Assembly (NCBI GenBank): GCA_023645945.1
Contig: JALAIB010000107.1
Coordinates: forward strand, 1 to 32,258
Direction: 5' to 3'
Source of the DNA: Diploschistes diacapsis
Lineage: Eukaryota
DNA length: 32,258 nt
Shown: positions 1-10,783 of the stretch, piece by piece
How the letters are laid out: every line of letters starts with the position of its first letter
Numbering within the stretch: position 1 is the first letter of the stretch
Translations under genes and position numbers: made by a program
The notes under the pieces: generated by a model
Told to the model about the DNA's origin: nothing
Databases searched by the model: none
Seen by the model: only the letters and a program-made list of their open reading frames with translations

Positions 1-458
1 GGATAGGGGGTGTGGTGACTGCTTTTTGGGGGCCATATTAGGGCGCAGAGGGCTTTAAAGCCCTAATCTAATCAGTTTTAATCTTTTACGGCATTTCTAC
101 ATAGAGATTTGGCCTCCTATATAATTATTTCGGCGGATCTAATCTGCGTTTGCTTTGAAATCAACTTTTTGTGATTTACATGGATGCATCGGAGATGGCA
201 CGCTTGTGACGCAGTGTGGCTTGTATATGTAATGCATACTAATTATTATGGGAACTAGATATGAGCTAAACAGCTTGGCAGATACACTATATGTGACCGG
301 GGTGGGGAGCAGGTGGTGCTCCCGAATCGCCCTGGATAAACAGAAGGAGAGGCAGCAGAAGCTGCCAGCGTTTTTACAGAAATCATTCAATACCATCGAC
401 TTACTTTGTTCCTTCATCTAATCAACATTCATTTTCTACATTTTCGATGAAGTACATG

Positions 459-1244
459 TTATATTATTGTACGCAGCTCTGTTTCTTTACCATCGCGTTC
501 CACTTCTGCCCCCACTCTTATGTCCTTAGCCGTGTTGTGTGTTTCTGGACCCTCTTCTACTTCGTAATGCCCTTTCTCTGCGTTGAACTTGCCGCCTGAA
601 GGCTCCAGTCGATCTGCTAGAGCCGTAGCGGCAGATGCAAGCGACCGTTGTGGGTTCGTCTTCCTACGTGTTGGCTCCAGCATAGAATCCTTTCCGTTTC
701 TGACAGGAGAGCTGGCATGCACCGGATACCTGCGGAACTGGAGAGCAGCGATGGACTCGTCTCTTCTCGCTGGCAGTTGCCATGCAGACAGAGAATGCTG
801 ACGACGAAAAGCAGAATCGACTATTCCCCGTAGTACATAGATAGCGATTTCACGGGCTGTACGACTCTGGGTGTTTTTGGTTCATGCCGCCTGCTCACTG
901 CGTCGAGATCCCAGCGCTTATCTGTTCCTGTCCCTTTACGACGCCGAATCTGTCCTCGCGCAGTTTGCCTATGCATAAAGACGCTGGAATTTGTGTTCCA
1001 GGGCATTTTCGGCACCTCTAATGGCCCTAAAGACATTTTCACTCCCCCCAAGAGCGTTTTTCGAATCCTTCTGCAGACATCTCCAATGGTGCTGTCGCCC
1101 GTGGATGCCGCGGAGTTTGCATTGGCTGGATCGAGACGGCAGAGCGTGGGCGCTGGATGTAGCAGGAAAGGGATGTGCAACGACAAGATTGTCAGGGCGG
1201 CATACGCAGCGAGAAGATTTCCAGGCAAGTTTTAACTTTTACAT
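459..1244 (-). pseudogene. Possible decayed ORF of unknown function (262 codons, 5 internal stops)
   Basis: ATG at 1244 and TAA at 459-461 are in one frame, with stops at 1239-1241, 969-971, 936-938, 918-920 and 882-884. Segments such as ENVFRAIRGAENALEHKFQRLYA and SRTAREIAIYVLRGIVDSAFRRQH look protein-like. No family recognised. Confidence 0.25.
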
Positions 1245-1458
1245 AGAAAAATGGAGAAGGCGACACGAGCTAGCGCATTCAATGTGTTATACATCCTCTC
1301 TTTGGCAAATACACAAGGCGTCTCAGCTCACTTTACCAAAGATAAAAGCATTTTGATTCGCTTTATCTATTTACATCCTCTTTTGCTTTCGTGAAACTTG
1401 CCATCTACACACACACTCTCTCATATCAAATCCTTGGCAGCTATTATTTTTATTGACC

Positions 1459-2374
1459 ATGGCACCCAGACCTTCGGGAGTGTACAGGAGCTGGTCAAGG
1501 CTCGCATAGTATGTGGAAGCCCCCTCGGTCAGCGCGCTTCAAGAGTACCTGAAGAGTGACCTATTTCTACCGTATTGGGAAGAGCTCAAAGTCGCATACA
1601 TCGACAAGGAGCTCGAAAATAGCGCCGAGTCTCTGCAGAAACTTGGAAGAGCTAATGCGTGGAAGACAATCCACGAGGCCATTCTGAGCGGCGAGGCTCA
1701 AGGCCCGAGAAAATACACTAGGAACCGGCCCAACAAGGCCGACTGGAACCGGATCGACCACTATGCTCGATATTTCGCCCAGGTGAAGCGCGATGCGAGG
1801 GCGTCGACGGACTCTTTTACGGCAAAGTCTTTGGTGCGGTTCCCGAGGCCGTGGATATCGAGATCAACCACTGTATCTGGCAGACCTACATGCCTATGCG
1901 GCTCGACGACTGGCCATCGCGAGCGAAATGTTCTTTTGCGAGGGAGCTGGGCAAGCGAAAGCCGCCCGAGCGACGAGAATGCAGAGTTCCGCGCCCATCA
2001 GCTGCGCGTGGCGGCGGCGGAGAAGAGGCAGCAGTGCCGGAACGAGACGGAACAACGGACCGACTTCGAACGCCGACTCGCAGACGCAGCAGCGGCAGAA
2101 AGTCAGTTGCAGGCCGAAGCGGCGCGCGCCAATACCCTCCAGGATCGTGTTGTGCAGCTCAGTTTTCGGAAGGCACTTCCAGGTCGCCGTCAAGGGTCTA
2201 GACTTCACTGTGGAAATAGACACCAAGTTTGGGAAATGGGTGAATTGGAATGGTACCATCTATGCAAGCAACTATGGAGACGTGCGGGATCTGGCCCTTC
2301 TGCTGACGGTCGTCGAGTTTGTGACCATGTTGCGAGAGGCTGGGACATTGAAGGTAGAGATTGCCGGGAAGTAG
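1459..2374 (+). pseudogene. Degenerate hypothetical protein gene (coiled-coil middle segment) with a premature stop and probable frameshifts
   Basis: accATGg at 1459 is in frame with the 1513 ORF but interrupted by TAG at 1507-1509. Protein-like sequence appears to switch frame: ...DWNRIDHYARYFAQV, then EGVDGLFYGKVFGAVPEAVDIEINHCIWQ, then coiled-coil LADAAAAESQLQAEAARANTLQDRV, then FGRHFQVAVKGLDFTVEIDTKFGKWVNWNG...GK* (TAG ending 2374). Confidence 0.5.
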
Positions 2375-2463
2375 AGCCAGCAAGAAAGGATAAGGAGTGC
2401 TCACTCTCAAGTGCTCCGAAATACAAGGTAGAGCTAGCGAAATGGATAAGGAGTGCTTACTCC
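2371..2463. repeat. Imperfect direct repeat (about 36 bp unit, 56-57 bp period)
   Basis: GTAGAGC at 2371 and 2428; exact GGATAAGGAGTGCT at 2388-2401 and 2444-2457. Confidence 0.6.
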
Positions 2464-3012
2464 AGTATTAGTAATACAAAGCATCGAGCGTAAAGCTCGT
2501 AAATACAAGATATCCAATATGCTGCTCGTGGTATATGATTACCTAGCCAGTCGGGGGTACTCCTCAAAGATTCTTATCATTCGATCAACTCGTTTCCATA
2601 TGAAAGGAGCCAATATTCCAGAGTGGATGCGGACTATCGTGGTGATAATGGGTTGAACAGTGGACAACGCTGGCAGAGGCTTGATGCAACAACACAGTCG
2701 GTGTTAAAGGCACAAGGGTTCTGTGTATAGTTGCGAATGAGTACGGTACACTACATGATTGGGAGGAGGTATATCACGATACATAACCGCTCTTGCACTT
2801 TACTGCTGCGGTTTAATTAATACGCGGGGACGGTGACTGCAGCCTTGTGGAAATGCAATGTAGAGTAGAAGAGTGCATGGCACAGAGAGTAGAGGCGAAC
2901 CTCTCAAAGTCCACCCACAAATGTTACATAGGTACATTTGAATTGAAGGCATAAATTTCCCCCCAGTTCAGTTTTGCCTCCATCTTTCGTCATCCCAAAG
3001 AATACTTGCTAC

Positions 3013-4214
3013 TCAACTCAACAGAATGTTCTGGGCCTTGGCTCCGTTGTTGTCGCCCATGACCAGTACCGAATTATCGCTCAATGGCACTTGGCCTGCC
3101 CAGTTCGTCTGCACCGGGAATACCGTAATCTTGTTGCCGAAGAAGTGTCCGTCCGGACTGGTCAGGAGCTTGATGTCTGCGCCGTTGATCCAGCTGTGCT
3201 CGCTCGTATCCTCATCGGTCATGAAGCTGACGGTGAGAGTCGAGCCCACGAGCACTACCTGCGGCGCGCCGGCGTTGTTGTCCTTGCCGGTCGGTACGTA
3301 GATGGTCCGGCGGTTGCCCCACGATGCGCCGTCGTCGGAAGAAGTGACTGCGCCGATGGTAAAAAGGTTTGTGCTGCCCGGCGACGTGTCCTCCGACTCG
3401 AACACGCATATCAAGTCACCGGGTCCGGAGTTTGGCAGCTGCGCAACGGAGGTCATGCCGTCTCGAGATGTGATCCCGCCGCCAGACACGGTGCTGAAGG
3501 CGCCCCAGGTGGAACCGCCATCGGTCGACTTTGTCATGAGAGTGTCTTGGTCGTTGGCGGCGTTCATGTGGGACCAGTAAAGCTGAACGGTGTTGCCATC
3601 AACGGCGGAGACACGCATGAATGGCTCCCTGTTCAGGTTCAGCACGGCCAGTACCCAGTATAGTATGACTAATGATGGTTGTTTCAAAAGAAGTGGAAAA
3701 AAACTGACCAGTCTCCGGTAACTGGACCCGGGTCCTCGACGGGCTGGCTCAGGTACCTCCATGTTGCACCGTTGTCATTAGAGTAGCAGACGGTAATGCG
3801 AAAGATCGTGTAGGCTCCGGTCCTCGGGTTTTTGCTATGGTTTCTAAAGGCAGCCAAGACCCTGCCGGTGGGAAGCTGGAGCAGAAACGGATTGTCAATG
3901 TCGCCAACGCCCGTGGTCACGGTTCCGAGATGAGTCCAGGTAACTCCATTGTTGGTGGACTGACATGTGTTGATAATGTTGTTGCCGTTGGAAAAAGAGG
4001 TAAAGATCCCGAGAAGGGTGCCGTCTGCCAGTCGGGTAGCTCTGGGATACGTTCCACTACCGAAAAAGACTGATGCACCGCTCAACGAGGGCGAGAGGCC
4101 GCCGCGCTTCGAAACCGGGAAACCGGACACAATTGTCGTCAAAAGGACAGCGGCCAGACACCAGGCTAAGAGAGCCCGCTGAGCATTGCTCTTAGAGAGC
4201 CGGAAAGACAGCAT
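3013..4214 (-). CDS. Secreted BNR/Asp-box repeat glycoside hydrolase, GH93 exo-arabinanase-like (373 aa); exons 4214-3709, 3628-3013
   Basis: Hydrophobic signal peptide. [28 protein letters not shown] and several S-x-D/N-x-G-x-T/S-W Asp boxes. An 80-nt intron (GTCAGT...CAG, 3708-3629) restores GDWEPFMR. SRDGM and NAGAPQV motifs present. Confidence 0.9.
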
Positions 4215-5316
4215 GGTGCTGAGTTGGTTGGGAAAAGGCTTGAGAGGAACTTGGGCGGCATCTTACAGAGTGAGCGAGTTTCCTGCTTTTATCTTGGAAA
4301 GTGACGCTTGCCTCGGCAGCAAAATCTCTTCCCTCGTTGCAGACTTGCCGATCACAGCAGTGTAGTATTATCCATTGGTGCGCGTTCGAAAAAGGTATAA
4401 ACTGATACCTATCCATGAAGAAACTCTATGACCCCTGCCGCATGGGGCGTAACGGTTCGGCAAATATCTGGGGTTTTCATGCCATAATCCCCACGAAGAC
4501 AGCGGAGTTGCGGATGGCTTATCAGCATGGCGTATCGATCACTCTAATTCAGCCGGAATATGCAAGTCATATGAAACGGCGCATGGTGGACAACGCGCAT
4601 AAACCAAAGGTATAAGATTCGGAGAGCCACGTCAACGACGTCAGTTGATTCCCAGAGCTTGCTTCTCACTTTTGAAGAAGTCCGAAACTTGCGGACAGTA
4701 ACTTCGTTGAGGATCCATAGGCATCCCTCCCATACCACCACCTTCACGCAAAGGAGCAGTCAATCAGATCGAGAAGTCATACCTGTAATGTCGATCCGTC
4801 CTGTTCTAGCAGGCATCTTTGAGTTGGGGGAGCGACAGGTGCATACAAATCGGCGAGGCGTTCCAGTGCCCCGATGCGAGAACAGGTTGAATTCAAAATT
4901 GCCCGAGTGTTCCTGTCCAAATATTGCATGAATGACAAACAAGATGTATTGCCTATGCAGACCTCACGGTGCCTCTGAAGCTTCCGACTTGTATGAGGCA
5001 GCAACTCCGGCAAACCTCGTACTACGTTGATAAGCTTTTGACCCCGAAGGTTGCATCTCCACGCTCGGTACCTGCAGTGGCCAAAACTTCGGCAGTAGAC
5101 ATGAATATACCAGTACATGATCATGGCCCTTTCCTGAGATGGGGAGTCCCGATTACCAAGACACGCTTGCTCCGAAATTCACATCGTCGTTATCGTCACA
5201 AGATCAATATGTGGACGTAGTCGCTCCGAAAAGAGCAGTCTAGCGATAGCGCCGATACCGTAGAGCTCGCCATGCAATCGACTCGAGTGTGGGATGTTCC
5301 GAGTACTTGTAGATCC

Positions 5317-5908
5317 TCAATGGCCCTCCTCTTGCAAGAGCTGTATCAACCTTCCATCCTGTAATTCGAGGCTCCATTCCGTGGTTTTGAACTGCCATGC
5401 ATCAAAAGAGCGCCCGATTCAGATACAAGGAACCTACGTGGCCCATCCTCCCGTTTCTGAAGCTCTTGAATCGCATAAAACCGCTCCCCTTGGTTCCTTT
5501 GACGCCGTAGCCGATATTGATTCTCCCGTGGAGCTGATTCAGCTCGCCCCAGATCCAAGGAAAGCGATCACGAAAGTATATCTCGTCCCCAAGCAGTTCT
5601 CTTGCTTGCTGGTTCGTTCTGAGCGAGTATAGCGTGGAGCTGACCACGCTGGAGGAAGATTTCTGATAGTTGAAGATTGCCGCGGAAGAGGCAGCTATGA
5701 TCGCAACAAAGATTGGCAATGTAGTCGCCCAGCGTCGGAAGGGCGAGACTGGCAGAGGAGGAAGTTCTCTATCGGCACGCCGTTCGAGTAAAGGACCGGT
5801 TGATCGAGTTGGCGGTGCAATAAGCATCCTCCGGGACATGCCATGCCGCCATGGAAATTTGATAACGTGCCTCAGAGTGGTCTGGCGAGGATGAAATGCA
5901 GATGACAT
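5317..5908 (-). CDS. COA1: Cytochrome c oxidase assembly factor 1 (Coa1); exons 5908-5438, 5391-5317
   Basis: Basic mitochondrial-type leader, RELP motif, one TM helix, IFNYQKSSSSVVSSTLYSLR, ARELLGDEIYF, WIWGELNQLHGRINIGYGVKG. A 46-nt intron (GTAGGT...CAG) gives the C-terminus FKTTEWSLELQDG...*. Confidence 0.9.
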
Positions 5909-6037
5909 TGCAAAGGATTTGCTTGCTGCAAGAATGATAGGACGGAAAAAATCTGACAGAAACTTTGTTTAGGCGTTCAGGAACTGCTTTTTGACTGCTT
6001 CATGTGTGCCAAGACAGCTACGCGTATATATTGGCAG

Positions 6038-6361
6038 CGGTTATTGTGACCGTTAATTTTAGCCTCGACAATACAGAGCTACTTAGATTTGTACACAGAT
6101 CCCATAATATGTTAAAGAACCTACAATACTTCCGTGCTAAATTAAAAAATTTACATCTTCTATATTGCTTTGTTTATATTTAAAATCCTTCCCCCAATTG
6201 CTGCTTATATCGCGTTGTAAAAACGCTTAAAATTTAAATATTTATCTTGCTTGCTGCTTTAGCCATTAATTACGCCTCTATTAATTTCCGTTATATATTT
6301 TGTATATATTGTATTGTATATCCGGTTTTACATACTGCCAAGATAACGGTCAGAATAACCG
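6038..6361. mobile_element. Putative non-autonomous TIR element (MITE-like) relic, 324 bp, AT-rich
   Basis: CGGTTATTGTGACCGTTA (6038-6055) matches the reverse complement of 6344-6361 at 17/18 positions. The interior is very AT-rich and apparently non-coding. A third partial copy is at 6411-6424. No clear target-site duplication. Confidence 0.45.
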
Positions 6362-6683
6362 GTACCCATTTCTTGGCGCTCCATTACTGCATCGCGATGC
6401 GAGGGGTTACCGTTATTCTGACCGAAATATATATGCACATCTTTTATCTGAAGCAAAGAATAAAGGGGCTCTGATTGGGATGGTGAATATTATGATTTAA
6501 AGGAGCGTGGGTGCGCAAAAACTTACTATTATAAATAGGGGGCGCAGAGGCAAATGGTAAAATATACATTTTATTTCGGCTCTTATGAGAAGCAACAATA
6601 TCCTCGACGATACTGCACGAACCCAACTTTTATTTGAAACATTACCGTAGTATCGTGGTCTTCATACTGTACTAATCTACTGT

Positions 6684-8994
6684 TTACACACTGGGAGCAC
6701 TATGGGCAGTCAGAGTACCAGCGCTTGGCGCAACGCCGCCGCGGTTTGAGCCCCATTTCTTCTTCAGCCCATCGTACTTGTGGGCATCATCGACCGTAGG
6801 CTCGAGGTTCCTCCTAGCAGAGACAAAATCAACGGCCTCGAGACTTTCTGCGCCTCGCTGAATGGCGTTGTGTACGGCGTTACGGCACAGCTTCTCGAGA
6901 TCTGCACCGCTAAAGCCATTGCAATCCCTGGCAATGTCTGCAATGATGACGTCAAACTCCACATTTAGTTTTCTCGTCAAAGCTTGCAGTATCTGTACTC
7001 TTTCTTCCTTGCCTGGTAGGCCCACAAACAACAAAGTCTCCAAGCGGCCGGAGCGCAGCAACGCCGTGTCGATCGAGTCGGGACGGTTAGTAGCGCCCAG
7101 GACGTAAATTTCATCCCTCTTATTGATCCCGTTGAGCTCTGTAAGCAGCGTGTTAACGACCCGGGCGCTGGACTCGCTCAGGAGCCCGTCTCGCTTCGGA
7201 GCCAGTGCGTCAATCTCGTCGAAGAAAATGACACACGGAACGGTTGCCCTGGCACGCTCAAAGACCTGCCTTATGGCACGCTCGGACTCGCCTACAAACT
7301 TGTTCAGAAGCTCCGGTCCCTGTACGGAAATGAAATTCGCCCTCGCTTCGTTGGCTACGGCTTTTGCGAGCAGGGTCTTACCACACCCAGGGGGGCCCCA
7401 TAGCAGTGCTGCCGACGGTGCTCTGGCGCCCAGACGCGCAAACCTTTCGGGGAAGCGTATGGGGTCGACTATGCTCTGGCGCAGCTCGTCTCGCGCGCCT
7501 TGGAGGGCTCCAATGTCCGCCCAGGTAGTCTCTGGGATTGTTGCGAACCCCTCCCTCTTGGCCATGGGTTGGACTCTTGGCAAGGAGCTGACAAAGTCGT
7601 CGTTCGCGATGCTTACCGCGCAGGCAAAGTCAGTCGAGTCTTTGGATAGCTTCACGTCCCTAAATGCTTGTTTTGTCTCTTCGGATAGTCTTGGGTCATC
7701 ATCCCCGTCCATCTCTGCAGTTCTATCGAAGGAATCGAAAAAGCGTGAAATTGCAGCTTCGCCGGCTTTGGTAACCAGATCACCGAGATCCGCTCCGACA
7801 AAGCCCGGAGTCATCCTTGCCAGGGTCTTAAGATCAAGGTCGTCGGATATCGTCAGCTTCTGTGTCAGTGCCTTCAAGATTTGCTCCCTTCCCTGTTCGG
7901 TTGGCATGGTCATGTTGATTTCCTTGTCGAAACGGCCGCCCCTGCGCAGCGCCGGATCGAGACTGTCCGGACGGTTCGTAGCTGCGACGACCATGACCGG
8001 CTTGCCGCCGGTCTTCTCCAGAGCCAGATCGTCCATGCACGTCAACAGCTGGGAGACGATCCTCTTTTCCATTTCTCTCTGTACGTTTTCGCGCTTCGGC
8101 GTGATGGCGTCGATCTCGTCGAGAAAGATGAGACAAGGAGCAATCTTCTTGGCTTCCTCGAAATGCTCCCTCAGCGCCTTCTCGGATTCGCCTGACATTC
8201 CCGACACGATTGACGGGGCAGATAGCGATATGAATGGAACTCCCAGCGTAGCAGCGTAGGCATTTGCAATCATGGTCTTCCCGCAGCCAGGAGGTCCATA
8301 GAGTAGTACGCCCCGAGGGACCTTGATGCCAGAGGTCAGGTACAGAGAAGGGTACAGCATCGGTCGTCCGATCGAGAGCCTAAGCTCCTTGATGATTGGG
8401 TCGACTCCGCCCAAATCTGCCAGGCTGACTCCAGCCGGAGGCGACCTGTCAACAGAAGCCGTAGCCTTCTTTCGCTTGGTTGAGGGCAATTCTCCATCGC
8501 TTGAACGTTTCTTCATCTTGACCTGCTCGATCCTCGTTTCCTGAACCATCTCCGCGGACTGCCCTCGAGCGCCGTTGCGTTGCACTGACTTGGACCAGGT
8601 TCCGACGACGCTTCGATTCATCGCGTCTCCACGGCGCTTTGGAGACAGTTCGACCCCATCGAATTCGTCGTCGATTGGTCCCAGATCTTCACTGTCCTCT
8701 CGATCCTCGTTCAGAACATCAACCACTCTTTCAATGCTATTCTCCAAAAGCTGCTTCGGTTTTCGATTGAGGCTGGAATTCGAGCGCTTGATCTTGTCAA
8801 AGATAAACGACACCGACGGTCTGAAATCCTCTATATCACCACGCTGGTCATGTTCGTCACTTAACTTCCTGACTATCTGATAAACCTGGGCAGAATAAGC
8901 AAAAGTATCGGATCTGTAGCTTGATACACACCTCCTTGTCCAGACTCTGCACTAATGACGGTCGTGGCCTACCTCCAGCACTCTTTGTGCGCAT
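6684..8994 (-). CDS. RIX7: Rix7/NVL type II AAA+ ATPase, 60S biogenesis (754 aa); exons 8994-8932, 8885-6684
   Basis: Two AAA modules (GPPGCGKT x2, IFLDEIDAI and IFFDEIDAL). SIVSGMSGESEK, REMEKRIVSQLLTCMD, AKREGFATIP and the N-terminal IKRSNSSLNRKPK are typical of Rix7. A 46-nt intron 8931-8886 joins an ATG exon in frame. Confidence 0.95.
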
Positions 8995-9234
8995 GATCAC
9001 GGTAATCTGCACTGTTAACTGGTGGCTACAGGTTTTTGAATGTATTTAGAGGTGGCACGCACCAAGCGCTTGCCAAGCTTCTTAGCTTCAATCTCAACCT
9101 CGAATACAGTTTCCTCTGGCTTGTGCAGTTTTGTATTATACCAAAAAGGAACGTTGGGATGCTTGAGCTGATGTATTCATACTTGGAGATGCGATGCAAA
9201 GTTAACAGTACATCTCCTTTGCCTGAATCCCCAT

Positions 9235-10312
9235 CTACTCCTTTTCCCCTTTGTGTGGAGCCACTAGGAGGTTGTATTCCAGCTCCAACTGAGCTTTGGC
9301 ATTACCCTGAAGAGGCTTAAAGTCCACTATGAGCGAGTCTTTGACAACAAAGACGGCGTCGGCCTTCAGATATTTCCCATTTCTATCAAAGATTTGTGTT
9401 ATAATCGGCTCGTACCGGTCGTGCGTCACCTGCCACCGTTAGCCCTTGTCAGACTATCTTGTAAGTCCTTACAATGAAATGAATGTGGGCAGGCCTCATG
9501 GGATGCCTATTGAGCAGCTTGACTAGTTTTCCGGCCGGACCTGTTGTAAGTTAGCATCTACTCGCAACTATTTCAGAGGAGAGCAAGATTTGGAGTTTCT
9601 TAGACAGAACTTCGAGTTATTCACTCAACATCGTCTGGAATTGGATAGGGAGTAGGCCGAAGACAGTAGAAGCTGTATTGGCCCTTGTTGTCTGTCTGAA
9701 AGACCCCACGAAGATTGCGGTCAACCTGGTTTTCGTCTTGCTGCTCGTATAGGCCATTTGTCGAAGCTTGCCAAACGTCCATCAAGGCTCCAGGGACAGG
9801 CTTCTTCGTGTTGACATCCAAGACTCGACCGTGAAGGAAGACAACCTCGCCATCGTCGACTCCGTGAACGATGCTCGTTCCGTTTTCACGTCGCGGTGCA
9901 TTCTTCCTCCAGAACGGCCCGAGCACGGCTGTAGCCGTTGGGGTATCTTTAGCCTGAGTTGCAAGCTTATAGGTAATTTCGTCGACCAATCTGCCCTTTG
10001 ATCAGCATCGACCCCAACATACGTCCGTCACCCACGTACGATTCCACCCCTATGACATCCTGAAGGAGCTGGCCTTCATTCCTTCTGTCCGTGCTCATTC
10101 GGCCAGCTTCGTTCAGCAGCTCCACTCCTTGCATCCATTCGTCAAAGGTCAGGTTGACTTCCCGCGCAAAGTCATGAACATGTCTGGTCAAGGCAGTCGT
10201 GACCTCTCCCATACGAGGGCTGGTTTTCGGCCCCATCGCATCGATGACATTCTGAGTAAAATGTGGGTCGTATTGTGGACTCAGAATCCATTGGCATTGA
10301 ACCTGCAGCCAT
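9235..10312 (-). pseudogene. Intradiol ring-cleavage dioxygenase (catechol/hydroxyquinol 1,2-dioxygenase family), probably inactivated; exons ~10312-10040, 9990-9629, 9540-9473, 9429-9235
   Basis: Motifs HDFAREVNLTFDEW, TATAVLGPFWR, DVWQASTNGLYEQQD, RPTPYPIPDDGPAG, RHPMRPAHIHF (Tyr/Tyr/His/His iron ligands). The intron-2 donor reads TTGAGT instead of GTGAGT, and the best-context ATG (10312) is out of frame. Family identity is high confidence; pseudogene status is moderate. Confidence 0.75.
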
Positions 10313-10783
10313 GGTTGCTTGTAGTTGAATAGTCCAGGTGCAGCCGGCAGCATCTGCTTATAAAGACATACATTAAGGATTCATCTTGCAGCGCATTCCA
10401 AATGCTTTGTCCAAGCTTGCCACTGTCGATACGTTACCCAGCCTCGATATCCATGCCTGGCATCTGACTTGAGCGGGGCTTACGAAGAAGTTCCCACAAT
10501 AGCAATAGTAAGACGCTGTTCCCACAAGCCGTGGGTAGATGATGGGGTGCAGGGTGGTCTACTACAACATCGGATTCCCTCAGTGACCGCCTACAGTAGC
10601 AACATTGAAGATTATCACGGCTACACTACCAGACAAACAGTCACATCGCGTACCCTAGACTTACATATTGTCCTCGTATCGATCCAAACTTGTCGGATGC
10701 ACAGCTCATTAGTAGGCGACTCTGCTTCTTCCCTGTTCGCCATTCCAAATATTGGGTAGCATGTTCCATCGACTAGATACTAA

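Noticed and set aside
37..67. 16-bp palindrome AGGGCTTTAAAGCCCT (49-64) with single TTAGGG/CCCTAA words
   Set aside because: No tandem telomeric array. One such palindrome is near chance expectation, and the context is cut off by the window edge.
4640..5260. Short ORFs between the GH93 gene and COA1
   Set aside because: No recognisable motif and no splice model giving a convincing protein. More likely promoter and 3' UTR sequence.
41..6550. Shared 11-mer GGGCGCAGAGG at 41-51 and 6540-6550
   Set aside because: Too short; flanks do not align, so it is not evidence of an LTR or element boundary.
6247..6626. ORFs in the AT-rich island
   Set aside because: Ile/Tyr-rich, composition-driven translations with no transposase or other motif.
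7123..8259. 378-aa plus-strand ORF (similar antisense ORFs at 2974-3663 and 31731-32255)
   Set aside because: Antisense shadows of real genes (RIX7, GH93, CCDC25) with no independent protein features.
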